This document shows positions 51,341 through 63,771 of a stretch of 64,000 bases of DNA, piece after piece (position 1 is the first letter of the stretch; the number at the start of each line of letters is the position of its first letter). Source of the stretch: Octopus sinensis (taxonomy: Eukaryota). Under the pieces are notes generated by a model. That model ran no database searches. It saw only the letters and a list, made by a program, of their open reading frames with translations, and had not been told where the DNA came from. Position numbers and translations under genes: made by a program. The DNA lies in assembly GCF_006345805.1 (NCBI RefSeq), contig NC_042998.1, positions 199,268,001 to 199,332,000 of the forward strand. Direction: 5' to 3'.

Positions 51341-51863
51341 TATGCTCAGTGGTTAGAGCGTTGAGCTTACAATCGTTAGGTTGTGAGCTCGAATCCCGGA
51401 CCGGGCTGCGTCTTGTGTTCTTGAGCAAGGCACTTTATTTCACGTTGCTCCAGTTCACTCAGCTGTAGAAATGAGTTGCGACGTCACAGGTGCCAAGATG
51501 TATCGGCCTTTGCCTTTCCTTTGGATAACACTGGTGGCATGGAGAGGGGAGGCTGGTATGCATGGGCGACTGCTGGTCTTCCATAACAATCTTGCCCGGG
51601 CTTGTGCCTGGGAGGGTTACTTCTGAGAACCCCTTCGGTCACGACACAGACCATGGGATTGCACCTAGAAAGTAACCCTCCCAGGCACAAGTCCGGGCAA
51701 GATTGTTATGGAAGACCAGCAGTCGCCCATGCATACCGGCCTCCCCTCTCCATGCCACCAGTGTTATCCAAAGGAAAGGCAAAGGCCGATACATCTTGGC
51801 ACCTGTGACGTCGCAACTCATTTCTACAGCTGAGTGAACTGGAGCAACGTGAAATAAAGTGCC
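51341..51863. mobile_element. SINE family 4 (+) with a fold-back copy (-), forming ~196-bp inverted arms
   Basis: tRNA-like head gctcagtggttagagcg...ctcgaatcccgg; 51429-51624 is the reverse complement of 51667-51863. Confidence 0.92.
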
Positions 51864-51869
51864 AATCTT

Positions 51870-52680
51870 GTGGAGGTCTGGCAAGCTTGTATGGACCAAT
51901 ACCTCTAGTCCATACACCCCAACAGTTCACCTCTGTAGTTCTCGATATTTTTAATATCTCGGTGTCCTCCTCTGTGTTGAAGAGGATGGTTGCCACCAGC
52001 CACGCCTTATCAATTTCTGGGGGAACTCTACCCATTCTTACTCTGGCCGCACGTTTGCCACAGTAAGTCGGTAGTAGTGTCCACTCTTCTGATCTCAAAG
52101 GCACAGTAGAATATTTTCTCGAGTCTTCTTCACTCACGAAGCGTACCTCCACTGTGCTGTATTTCCTTCCTCTGGTGTAATATGTCGTTACATTCTTAAT
52201 TTCTCTCAGGCACTCCTCGACTACCTCCACCGCTGCTATTTCCAACTTTTTTGATGCAATATTCAATGTTCTGTACACAATTGCTTCGTTCTCCGTTTTT
52301 CTAACACTTCTTTGGGAGGCGTCAGCCTCAGGCTATCTCCCACTTTTCTCAATAAATCGTTGTTTCTTGAAATTTTTCTCCTGTAATTTAATTTCTCAAA
52401 CTTGCAGTACCTCCGCTGACAGCCTTTTGCCAGTCACCGCAGCATAACTGCCCGCTTGCACTGGTGTACCCTCCATATTGTTCACAACTTCACGCATAAA
52501 TGGTGAAGAAAATTAAAAAACTGTAACAACAAGTTCAATAATTCCAGTTAACAACAATCCAACAATTCAGTAAATAACAGTTAAACAATAACAGTACTCT
52601 CATGGAGCGTATGCACTTACGACTCAACAGATTCAAATAAAACACCAACGACAACGTCCTCTCAACGATTGGCCGGAGAT
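51870..52680 (-). mobile_element. 5' UTR plus ORF1 N-terminal fragment of a probable Tx1/L1-like LINE
   Basis: Minus strand M...GSYAAVTG..., then RRM-like YSTVEVRFVSEE...ARVRMGRVPPEI; stops and a frameshift present; no ORF2. Confidence 0.55.
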
Positions 52681-52684
52681 GATT

Positions 52685-52962
52685 TTTAAAATGAGAATAT
52701 CTGAGATAAACTTGGCTGCTCTTACGAGAATACTAAAAATGAACCCAACCGCTCTCAAAAATTAAGTAAAAAAAAATCTAGAATCCTTGTCCGATATCTG
52801 ATCGATCCAAAAATCTAATCAGTTCGTACCAGTCACGAGGTCAAACACCCCTGAAAGTTTCATCCGAATCCATCCAGTGGTTCTTGAGATATCTTGTCCA
52901 CAGGCAAACAAACAAACACAACTGAAAACAATACCTCCGACCTCGCTATGGTGGAGGTAAAA
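52685..52962 (+). mobile_element. Helentron/HINE (pearl/DINE-1-like) non-autonomous element
   Basis: ...aatccatccagtggttcttgagatatc...acaaacaaacaca...aacaatacctcc...ggaggtaa 3' palindrome typical of invertebrate HINEs. Confidence 0.5.
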
Positions 52963-53167
52963 AGCAACACCACTACTCGTATACATGAAAATAACAATTT
53001 CTAGACATACGTAGTGCAACACACACACACATGCACGCATTTGCAAGCGCACACAAAACATTTGAAATGATGAAATACGTTAGGAAATAAATAAGAATTA
53101 TATCGCAGTAAGATGAGTTCTTGTCATGAAAGATGTTAACTACTGTGTGAGAGTCGGTGTTGGAATA

Positions 53168-53561
53168 TTAGTTGATGTTTGAGTAGTTAGTCAGCATTGA
53201 GCTGTCGTTACTGAGCTGATTGTAAACTGACTCCTTCACGTTTAAGTTTTTTATCAGCAAAATCTTGAAAACCTTTCTCTTTAGCACTTTAGCAATATTC
53301 TTTGAAATCAGATTAAGTGGAGTTGGAATTTCCACATTACCATTTGTTTTCTCAGTTTTTTTGTTTTGTTCTAACAACATCGGCTTCTCTTTCGATAAAC
53401 TTTCTCTATGGGGCATTAGCAACTCAACCACATCATCTTGTATGACTTCTTCAAACCCTACACCATCTGGAATGTGGATTTCTACCGAACGGCTACTGTC
53501 ACAACTTTGGAGAGTACAGCTGTCAGCCGAATAGATTATTAAGATCGTTTCGCTGTCGCCA
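53168..53561 (-). CDS. Candidate orphan terminal coding exon, product unknown
   Basis: Non-repetitive stop-free frame (GDSETILIIYSADSCTLQSCDSS...NIN*) preceded by the acceptor-like tttctcttgtccttttag at 53563-53562; no recognisable domain. Confidence 0.3.
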
Positions 53562-54134
53562 CTAAAAGGACAAGAGAAATTCTGCTTTCTAGCCGTAATA
53601 GCCATAGCGAAAGAGATGATATGGAAAACACTTGGAAGAGGTATCGCATCAGGCACCTTCGTCTCCGGGCATGCTTTGGTTAACCTCTTTTTATATCACC
53701 TAAGAAGGAAAGCATGTCTGGAGAAGAAAATATACGAAAGGGGATGGAAGAAAGTAGCCCAAATTTTGGGTATGTAAGCGCCTGATTAAGCGGAGTAAAA
53801 ACAAAGGGACGACGTAAGCGGTTTAACGCAAGAATGTAGTTGGTGGGGTCATTAATTTTCTGTTTTTCATTTTCATCTGAAATTATAATGTATTTATTCA
53901 TATATGTAATATCATTCGATAAGCCCCCGACCCCATTTGTCTCGTGTATTGTTCCCACATCGCTTAACCCTTGTGGTTTGAATAAAATCCATCTTGCTAG
54001 TCCCGCACTTTATGAGCTGGAGTTCAAAGTTTACAGTTCGAGTTAGCGTGTTGGATTGTTGGTTCTTAAAAAATTGTTGTCATATTCCGTGTGGTTACTG
54101 CCGTTTGTTTCGATTATATTGTTATTACACTGTA

Positions 54135-54366
54135 GGGCCACGAGCTGGCAGAAACGTTAGCACGCCGGGCGAAATGCGTAGCCGTATTTCATCTGCCGTT
54201 ACGTTCTGAGTTCAAATTCCGTCGAGGTCGACTTTGCCTTTCATCCTTTTGGGGTCGATAAATTAAGTACCAGTTACGCACTGGGGTCGATGTAATCGAC
54301 TTAATCTCTTTGTCTGTCCTTGTTTCTCCTCTCAGTGTTTGGCCCCTTGTGGGTAGTAAAGAAATA
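54135..54366 (+). mobile_element. SINE family 1 monomer with ~19-bp TSD
   Basis: tatattgttattaca(c/t)tgt at 54115-54133 and 54367-54385. Confidence 0.92.
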
Positions 54367-54543
54367 TATATTGTTATTACATTGTGTATTCTTAGGTAAT
54401 TGGGTTGGTTTCCTGCCAATTTGAAAGCCCGTAGAGATAGTTGTAAATACGCAGTTCATTGACATCCGAACTAGGCTGTTTATCACTATCTCTTACTTGA
54501 TGGCATTTTTGCGCGCGTGTGCCTGATTTCTGAATGCAGAGAA

Positions 54544-54599
<56 letters not shown>

Positions 54600-55081
54600 G
54601 TGTGAAATATGTATTGGGAGAGAAGGCATGTGTTGGGGAGAGACGGGGAGAATAAAGTAATTTTGATTGTCACTCTATTTGTATTTTATATCATTAAATG
54701 AAATTGAAAACAAATAGAGAGTATAAGCAAAATACTTTTGGCTGCCTAATTGGTGTCCGATTAAAAATATTTACGCTAACTAATTCAACGACTTCTCGTC
54801 ATATGTAAACAGAAACTACCTTAGTAGATTTATTGATCTACCTTCAAATGTAAACAAAATTTATCAGACATTTCACTACATTAGATAGTTTCACTAATTT
54901 ACAAAAATTGAGTACATACATTTATTGAGGCTTAGCATTACCAAACGTTTTTGTCTAGCGAAAGAAATGACAGCGAGTATTTTCTATTTTATAATTTCTA
55001 TCCTTGAAGAGGGTAATAAGGAGTACTCCTCCCAAACTTCTTTTCACTTTTATTTCAGATGATGCAGATGAAAATATATAT

Positions 55082-55497
55082 ATGTTTCTTTACTGCCCAC
55101 AAGGGGCTAAACACAGAGGGGACAAACAAGGACACACAAACGGATTAAGACGATTACATCGACCCAGTGCGAAACTGGTACTTTATTTATCGACCCCGAA
55201 AGGATGAAAGGCAAAGTCGACCTCGGCAGAATTTGAACTCAGAACGTAACGACAAACGAAATACCTATTTCTTTAATACCAACAAGGGGTTAAACACAGA
55301 GAGGACAAACAGGGACAGACAAACGGATTAAGTCGATTACATCGACCCAGTGCGAAACTGGTACTTATTTGATCGACCCCGAAAGGATGAAAGGCAAAGT
55401 CGACCTCGGCAGAATTCGAACTCACAACGTAACGGCAGACGAAATACCGCTAAGCATTTCGCCCGGCGTGCTAACGTTTCTGCCAGCTCGCCGCCTT
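55082..55497 (-). mobile_element. SINE family 1 dimer with TSD
   Basis: Junction acgaaatacctatttc at ~55256-55271; flanks share tgaaaatatatatgt. Confidence 0.9.
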
Positions 55498-55974
55498 ACA
55501 GGTGAAAATATATATGTGAGTGATATATTGGTTAAATATTTTGACACGGGACCAACAATTTCGGATGAATGGGTAAGTCGATTACATCGACCCCAATGCT
55601 CAACTGGTAATTATTTTATCAATCCCAGCGGCATTTGAACACAGAACGTAAAGTTGGGAAAAGTGCCGCAAAGTATTTTATCCGGCGCGATAACAATTCT
55701 GCCAGCTTTGCCCCTTTATATGTGAATGATATATTGATATACAATGCATTTTACTTAGAAATCACCTAAAATTTCAGTTTATACCACTTTCTTTGCAAAT
55801 GTCTTAAAGGAATTTTAGGAACTGTATTACGCACACACATACGCACAGACTCATCCAAGCATACATACATACATACCTTTTTTTGAAACTCTCTTGTTTT
55901 TAAAAATCATGATTCATCTACCTCTCAACTTCTGTTCTTTCAACATGTGATCTCTTGAGCACCAGCAAAAATAT

Positions 55975-56150
55975 TTTTTTCCTCTGTCTTCCCTTCTTGG
56001 GATCTTTCCTTCTCCTTGTTTCCGACGAAGAGCTCCGCTCGAAACGTTAAACCCTCCTTCCTTTCTTTCCTGAGCGTCAAAAAATACTTTAATTGTTCCA
56101 CGTCCTCGCGTTGCTGTTTTTTTCTGTGTTTTCTTGTTTGGATTAACTTT
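55975..56150 (+). mobile_element. Family HH-A repeat with hammerhead-like motif
   Basis: gttt-ccgacga-a-gagc-tcc-gctc-gaaac-gt-t-aaac at 56018-56052. Confidence 0.72.
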
Positions 56151-56196
56151 ATATATATATAATCAGTATACATTATATATATATATATATATATAA

Positions 56197-56325
56197 GTGA
56201 AGGCGCATGGATCAGTGGTTAGAGCGTCGAGCTTACGATCGTGAGATTGTGAGTTCGAATGCCGGACCGGGATGCGTATTGTGTTCTTGAGCAAGATACT
56301 TTATTTCACGTTGCTTCCGTTCAGT
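56197..56325 (+). mobile_element. SINE family 4 5' fragment
   Basis: aggcgcatggatcagtggttagagcgtcgagcttacgatcgtgag... Confidence 0.8.
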
Positions 56326-56359
56326 AGCCTTGACTTTTTCGTGCACGACTGCAATGCAC

Positions 56360-56497
56360 TGGTCGACCGATTCAATTTCAAAAAATGATCCCTCCCGGGC
56401 CAACCTCTCCCGTACTCAATCGATCACCCTTCGCGACCTCCGTCGACGCCATGACATCATCAAGCCGGCAGACAAAGGTGGAGCGGTGGTTGTGTGG
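56360..56497 (+). mobile_element. Penelope-like element RT N-terminal fragment
   Basis: NLSRTQSITLRDLRRRHDIIKPADKGGAVVVW; the NLS...IKPADKG.A.VV motif is characteristic of PLE ORFs. Confidence 0.8.
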
Positions 56498-56559
56498 CTT
56501 CCCCCGCTACGAGCCACTTGATGCAACCCTCAGGCATCTGTCTACTGACCAGCGTTGTC

Positions 56560-57292
56560 ATGTGTGATCGTACTGTCACACGCTGTATCTTTGTTTCGCA
56601 GTGCTTCTCCTCTGTCGATTTTTGCGATGGCTAAAACGAACTGTTTTCTGCTGGTGATAACAGCGACCGAAACAGTTTTCATGCTTCAAACAGCTTACAA
56701 GAACGGTGCCATGAGCAAAACACAAGTCTACAAGTGTGGTTTTCACGCTTTAGAAATGGTCACTTGTCGCTTGAGGACTAACCTCCTTCAGTGCGACCGC
56801 TGACCTCTCGAACGAATGAAAACATGAAAGTTCATGAAATGATCTTGGAGAACCGTCGTCGGACAATTGACGAACTTGTTGATATGATTGCTGTGTTCTG
56901 GAGCTCCTGCCGACGAATTTTGGGCGATGAATCGCAAATGAAAAGGGATTCAGCAAAATTCATGCCCCGCATCTCACGGAAGATCAAAAACAGTTACGAC
57001 TGAATGCGTGTCGTGAATTGAAAGGACTGCTGGATGTTGATCCGGACCTTTTTTTTCCAAAGATCATCACTGGTGACGAAAGCTGGTGCTGCAGAATTTG
57101 CAGATGTGGAGGTGGTGAAGAAAAAAAAAAAAACGATGGAGGCGCTAAAAGGCATCTCTTCGCAAAAGTTCTGGACCGATGCATTTCTTCAAACGAAGAA
57201 TACTTTGAAGGCGATAAAAGTGTAAACATGCAAAACTATGTGAATAAAATATTATTGCAATATTTCGGGGTTTTTTTAGTGACCCCTCATAT
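56560..57292 (+). mobile_element. Internally deleted mariner/Tc1-family transposon relic
   Basis: TATETVFMLQTAY...MSKTQVY, RPLTSRTNENM...ILENRRRTIDELVD, KRDSAKFMPR, IITGDESW; right end ttttttagtgacccctcata is TIR-like. Confidence 0.85.
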
Positions 57293-57654
57293 TCAGGTTC
57301 AAATATTTGTGCATATGTAAGTGTAGGAAGAGATGCGTATATGATAAATGACTATGTTTCTCTTTAACGTTTTAGTTTAAAACTTGCCTCTGTTAAAAAT
57401 CTTTCCTGCGTAATATTGTTATATTCTTGCACACCCAAGACACACCTTTATCGCTCTTGCCGTTCACCAATACTTTACTTTTGATTACCTCACACTCACA
57501 CCGCTTTCACCTCCTCACATACCATCTCATAAATCAAGCAATTACACTTACACACAAAAGTTTACTCTTCACTCGCCTACGCTACTGTACTTTCACACTT
57601 GTACACGTACACACATATGCATACAATACTTTAAAGCACATTGTTTGTTTTTCC

Positions 57655-57947
57655 TTCTCGAGCTATGCCTGGCTCATAAGGGCCAGTTTCCTGGTTTCCT
57701 TGGCGTATAGGTTCCCCACCTGGACGGGACGCCGGTCCATCGCAGGTGGGCTGCATGATGCAAGAGGAAAGAGTGAGAGAAAGTTGTGGTGAAAGCGTCA
57801 GCAGAAGTTTGCCATTACCTTCTGCCGGGGCCGCATGGAGTTTAGGTGTTTCGCTCATAAACACAGACATCGTCCGGTCTGAGATTCGAACCCGCGATCC
57901 CTCGACCGCGAGTCCGCTGCTCTAACCACTAGGCCATGTGCCTCCAC
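57655..57947 (-). mobile_element. SINE family 2
   Basis: Minus head ggaggcacatggcctagtggttagagcagcggactcgcgg... Confidence 0.85.
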
Positions 57948-58129
57948 TTTAAAGTACATTCACCACGTCCTTCTTATGCTCGCTTCCAGACACGAATACA
58001 GTCCTACACGTCCATCTACACACCCGCTCCTTCATTTTGACTCCCCAACAGTGCAACAATCTCCCTTAGTTTCTAAACAACTGCTCGTGTTCTCTCTCTC
58101 TCTCTTTCGCTCTCTCTCTCTCTCTTTCG

Positions 58130-58164
<35 letters not shown>

Positions 58165-58524
58165 TTTCTCACTGACTATCACCCTTTCTCAGTCTCTCTT
58201 TGCCTTTCTCTTTCTTCTGCTGCAGGAGTATGTCCGAAACATTTAGACGCTTTCTTTTTCCATTAAAGTGACGCGGATTCTCCAAATCTAGTCTACTAGT
58301 TGTACCGTGAAAAATTGTATAATATTCCCAAAATTCTCCATCTGGGATTCATACGTGAACAGATGCACGCATTTGGGTATATGCATCGACAGTTCAACCA
58401 ACACGCCAACTCAACTACATATTTACATACACCAAGATGTCACTTAACTCAAAAAGTTTTGTCGCTTTGTTAGCAACCAGCTCGAACACTTTCAAAAAGA
58501 ACTGAAATTAAATTTTTAAAAAAT

Positions 58525-59411
58525 CATACATGCATACATACATACACACATACATACATACACACATGCATACATACATACATGCATGCAAACACACACA
58601 CATACATACATACATACATACATACACACATACATACATACATACATACATACACACATACATACATACATGCATACATACACATACATACATACATACA
58701 TACATACGTACATACATACACACATACACACACATACATACATACATGCATACATACATACACACATACATACATAGATACACACATACATACATACATA
58801 CATACACACATACATACATACATACATACATACACACATACATACATACATACATGCATACATACATACATACATACATACATACATACATACATTCATG
58901 CATGCATACATACACACATACATGCATACATACATACATATACACATACATACATACATACACACATACATACATACACACATACATACACGCGTACATA
59001 CATACATACATACATACACACATACATACATACATACATACATACATACATACATACATACATACATGCGTGCATACATACATACATACATGCGTATATA
59101 CATACATACATACACACATACATACATACATACACACATACATACATACATGCGTGCATACATACATACATACATGCGTACATACATACATACATACATA
59201 CATACATACATACATACATACATACACACATAATACATACATACACACATAGACACATACATACATACATACATACACACATACATACATACATACATAC
59301 ATACATACATACATACATACATACATACATACAGGCGTACATACATACATACATACATACACACACACACATACATACATACATACATACATACATACAT
59401 ACATACATACA

Positions 59412-59440
<29 letters not shown>
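58525..59440. repeat. Degenerate (CATA)n/(CACA) array
   Basis: Direct reading. Confidence 0.97.
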
Positions 59441-59442
<2 letters not shown>

Positions 59443-59898
59443 GCTCTCACTACTGGAAAGTCTGGTAATCAATTTGATATCAAATTCTTTGTATATAAAA
59501 TTTCGATTGACTTAAAAATGAAGTTGTTGGGATAATATGAGTCTTACGCATAACAGAAAGCAAAAATTTAACTGAACTTTCAGGCACGCATGAGAGAGCT
59601 CACAATATACGAGGAAATAGATGTATATATATATATACTTACTATTGACCAGGCCATTTAAATAGGCAACTGATTTCACGGTTCGAGTAGGAAGAAATGT
59701 ATAAATAAAGTTACATGAAAGGATGACTAATTTATTTTGAAGTATTTGTATTTGGCAATTAGTGGTGACTAGTAAACAAAACCATGAATAAATATTTTCT
59801 ATTGATAAACAAATCAATTTGGACAAGCTGCAGAAGTAAGAAATTTAAAAATTGATTAGTGTTAATAAGGCAATGTTATTATTTGAAAATTTATTTAT

Positions 59899-60350
59899 AT
59901 AAGGTGCAGGAGTGGCTGTGTGGTAAGTAGCTTGTCTACCAACCGCATGGTTCCGGGTTCAGTCCCACTGGGTGGCACCTTGGGCAAGTGTCTTCTACTA
60001 TAGCCTCGGGCCGACCAAAGCCTTGTGAGTGGATTTGGTAGACGGAAACTGAAAGAAGCCCGTCGTATATATGTATATATATATATATATATATGTGCGT
60101 GTATGTGTTTGTGTGTGTTTGTGTGTATGTGTCCCCTAGCATTGCTTGACAACCGATGCTGGTGTGTTTATGTCCACGTTACTTAGCGGTTCGGCAAAAG
60201 AGATAGAATAAGTACTGGGCTTACAAAAGAATAAGTCCCGGGGTCGAGTTGCTCGATTAAAGGCGGTGCTCCAGCATGGCCGCGGTCAAATGACTGAAAC
60301 AAGTAAAAGAGTAAAAAGAGTAAAGAGTAAAGAGTAAAGAGTAAAGAGTA
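59899..60350 (+). mobile_element. SINE family 3
   Basis: Matches 16444-16903. Confidence 0.9.
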
Positions 60351-60642
60351 TATATGAATACGCAAACTCCAACAGAAACTCACGATTATCAAATTTAACT
60401 GAAGATACGAAAAAATATAAAAGTTCAAGAAGAAGAAAAATGTGAAAAGAAAACATATAAGACGCATTTCCATATTTTCTACTGACAGAATAATCTCATT
60501 TGTGATGAGGGGGCATCTACGCATCCGCTGCACATGCTAGAAATAATGGCCACGTTCCTCATCATACGTATGTGTATGTGTGTGTGTATGTAACGATTAT
60601 GAGCACCATATGAATGAGAGGAAGAAAAAATATAATTGATAT

Positions 60643-60781
60643 ATGTATTTCTTTACTACCCACAAGGAGCTAAACACAGAGGGGACAAACAAGGACATAC
60701 AAACGGATTAAGTCGATTATATCGACCCCAGTGCGTAACTGGTACTTAATTTATCGACCTCGAAAGGATGAAAGACAAAGG
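60643..60781 (-). mobile_element. SINE family 1, 5'-truncated
   Basis: Family consensus match. Confidence 0.85.
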
Positions 60782-61099
60782 GTAAAAGAATTAATCTTTC
60801 TGTGTAGAGAGGATGAAAGTTGTATAGTCTCGCAAGTGACAAGGCATTACTGAAATGAGAAAAGGCAGATATATTTTTCCATTGAGGAGGCCAAGTGAAA
60901 GAAATAGAATTGAATTTGGGTCCTGTATTTATATTTTTTCTTAAATAAATTATGTCAGGCTAAACAAAAGGTATCCCCTCTGTCGTCTGCCTTCAGCTTA
61001 ATCTAGCACGAAAGGGTTTCGGGTTAACAGTTGACTCCCAAATTTCCAAGAGCTGATAGGAATAGGAAGGAACTCATAGAGAAATCTAGATTGGGTTTT

Positions 61100-61350
61100 G
61101 AATAATAATATAATAATAATAATAATGAAATTATTGTATACAGTGCTCAGGTGCACCACAACTTGTCAAAGGTGCATATAAAGCATATGCAGTAATGTAC
61201 AAATGTCTGGAAGGCGAACAGTGTATGAGTCAGATACATGTTGTGAGCGTGTGTATGGAGGGGAGAAAATCATGTGTAGTGTTGGCGAATCTCAGGAAGC
61301 ATGGAAGTTTTGAAGGATGCAGTGCTCCGACAACTAACAACTGATGCCGG
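61100..61350 (-). mobile_element. Probable L2/CR1-like LINE 3' end with (ATT)n tail
   Basis: Minus strand ...ctgcatccttcaaaacttcc...ggtgcacctgagcactg...aataatttc(att)n. Confidence 0.42.
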
Positions 61351-61753
61351 CAAAATATTGAAGAAGAATCCAAGAAGCACCCTCACCCCCACACATAAAC
61401 ACACACATATTTATTTATTCATATGATGATTCGTAGTAGGAGCATTTCTTGGTCTCTAACCTGCAAGAAATAGCAGTAGATTCAACTAGAAATGAAGACT
61501 AGTAATTTTGTACCAACAAATTCACTCATAACGCCTGAGGCTAGGGACTATTCATTAACTTGATAAAAACAGACCGTCAGTGCATGGACCGAATTTCCAA
61601 AATCTTCAGTTTCTATAACTTCTTGCGACGGAATACCAAGTTTCAAATAAGCGTTGTATATATGAATTTGACGAGAAGCAAATCTCACATATCTGTTGAT
61701 TATTCATAGAATTGCTAATTGGTGTCTTGAGCGGTTTTTTTTACGAAATCAAA

Positions 61754-62151
61754 TCTTTATATATAAAAGTGAGGTTGTGTGCTGTCTCTGTCCTACGATT
61801 TAGATTCCTAACTAGTCCCACATTTTGCGGTGCAGTTTAACCAAAACCGGGTATCTTATAATCGTGATTCATATCGATCCCTTCTGTGTATTAGCGCGCG
61901 TCTACGATGAGTCTACGATTTAAAAAAAAAAATTTACCATCAATTTTTCCCATTTTTAATGCATTTTAGGCATTTATAAGGGAAGTAACTCTCTAAAAAT
62001 GTATTATTAAATCTCAGAACGTAAAAAGCTACAGTAACAACCCCCCCTTTGTGGTTAACCATATTGAGATGGCTATTATACTTTACATCTCTAAAAATGC
62101 TTATATAGTTATTTCCCTTACAGACCCGAGCAACGCCGGGCGCACTGCTAG
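61754..62151 (+). mobile_element. Non-autonomous Helitron, complete, in an A|T target
   Basis: aaa|TCTTTATATATAAAAG...cccgagcaacgccgggcgcactgCTAG|ttt. Confidence 0.9.
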
Positions 62152-62504
62152 TTTCTTATAAAACCCAACATCGAACAAAAGGCCTAGTATCTCAATATCC
62201 GGGTGTATTGAAAAACAGTGATACGTGAGGTAATGTGGTCAGGATACATAAATAAATCATGAAAGTCACAGCTGGATTGTCTTTGGTAATCAGCGGTGGA
62301 TAAGAGTTTGTTCTGACCCTAAGTGTTCTGACTGTTTTCGGTGTTCGATATAATAGATTTAATCCGTTGATTGCTAAGCAACAGCACATACACCTTTAGG
62401 CCAAATTGTCGACTTGAAGATAAGTTCTAGTCTCACAGGCTCCGAAAGAAAACTATTTTTTGACATCTTCCATTTGTTTTATCACACGAAATGATGGCTC
62501 TTTT

Positions 62505-62718
62505 ACTCTTTTACTTGTTTCAGTTACTTGACTGCGGCCATGCTGGAGCACCGCCTTTAATCGAGCAACTCGATCCCGGGACTATTTCTTTTGAAGGCCC
62601 AGTACTTATTCTATCGGTTTCTTTTGCCGAACCGCTAAGTTAAGGGGACATAAACACACCAGCATCGGTTGTCAAGCAATGCTAGCGGGACAAACACATA
62701 CAAACACACACACACACA

Positions 62719-62762
<44 letters not shown>

Positions 62763-62930
62763 CATATATACGACGGGCTTCTTTCAGTTTCCATCTACCA
62801 AATCCACTCACAAGGATTTGGTCGGCCCGAGGCTATAGTAGAAGACACTTACCCAAGATGCCACGCAGTGGGACTGAACCCGGAACCATGTGGTTGGTAA
62901 ACAAGCTACTTACCACACAGCTACTCCTGC
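62505..62930 (-). mobile_element. SINE family 3
   Basis: Reverse-complement match to 59899-60350. Confidence 0.9.
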
Positions 62931-63214
62931 GACTAGATGTTTTCGTTTCAAGATGCTTCATCTTTTCAATCTCTTCTTAGTTTTTAGTATTTACTTAGCT
63001 TTAGAAACTCTTTCGTCGATATAACTTTGTCTTACAGAATAACTCGTGTCATGTCATTCAATCTCATTTCTATTGTCCCTGTTTGTAGCTGCGCTTTTAT
63101 TATTACGCACACACACATACACACGCACACACATGCAATGTTTTGTCCCGTGCCGTCCATCCATAATAATGTTTTTTTTCTCGATGTAAACGCTTAGTGA
63201 TCAATAAAGAAACC

Positions 63215-63243
63215 ACCTCCAACACCACCACCACCATCACCAC

Positions 63244-63280
<37 letters not shown>

Positions 63281-63301
63281 GTCATCATCGTCATCGTCAT
63301 C

Positions 63302-63332
<31 letters not shown>

Positions 63333-63438
63333 CCACCACCACCACCACCACCACCATCATCACCATCATCATCACCACCACCACCACCACCACCATCATC
63401 ATCACCACCACCACCACCACCACCACCATCATCATCAT

Positions 63439-63470
<32 letters not shown>

Positions 63471-63484
63471 TCAGCTTCATCATC

Positions 63485-63515
<31 letters not shown>

Positions 63516-63575
63516 CCACCACCACCACCACACCACCACCTCCACCACCTCCACCACCACCACCACCACCACCAG
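63215..63575. repeat. Compound (CAT)n/(CAC)n trinucleotide array
   Basis: Direct reading. Confidence 0.93.
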
Positions 63576-63771
63576 TAGCGTTATCAACATTACCTGCTGC
63601 AGCGGCAGTAGTAGTTAAATAATTAATATTTTTTTTCTATTTGCACTCAGCTGGTTTTGGAACACAATTGACTTGGCTTTATTGTTCTGGTGAAATTAGA
63701 AACAATCAAGGAAAATAACGCTGGAAGTAACAAGATTTTCAAGTGAAATCATCATCATATATATATATATA

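Noticed and set aside
63103-63622. Poly-Met/Val and poly-Ile/Thr/Pro ORFs
   Set aside because: (CAT)n/(CAC)n microsatellite translation.
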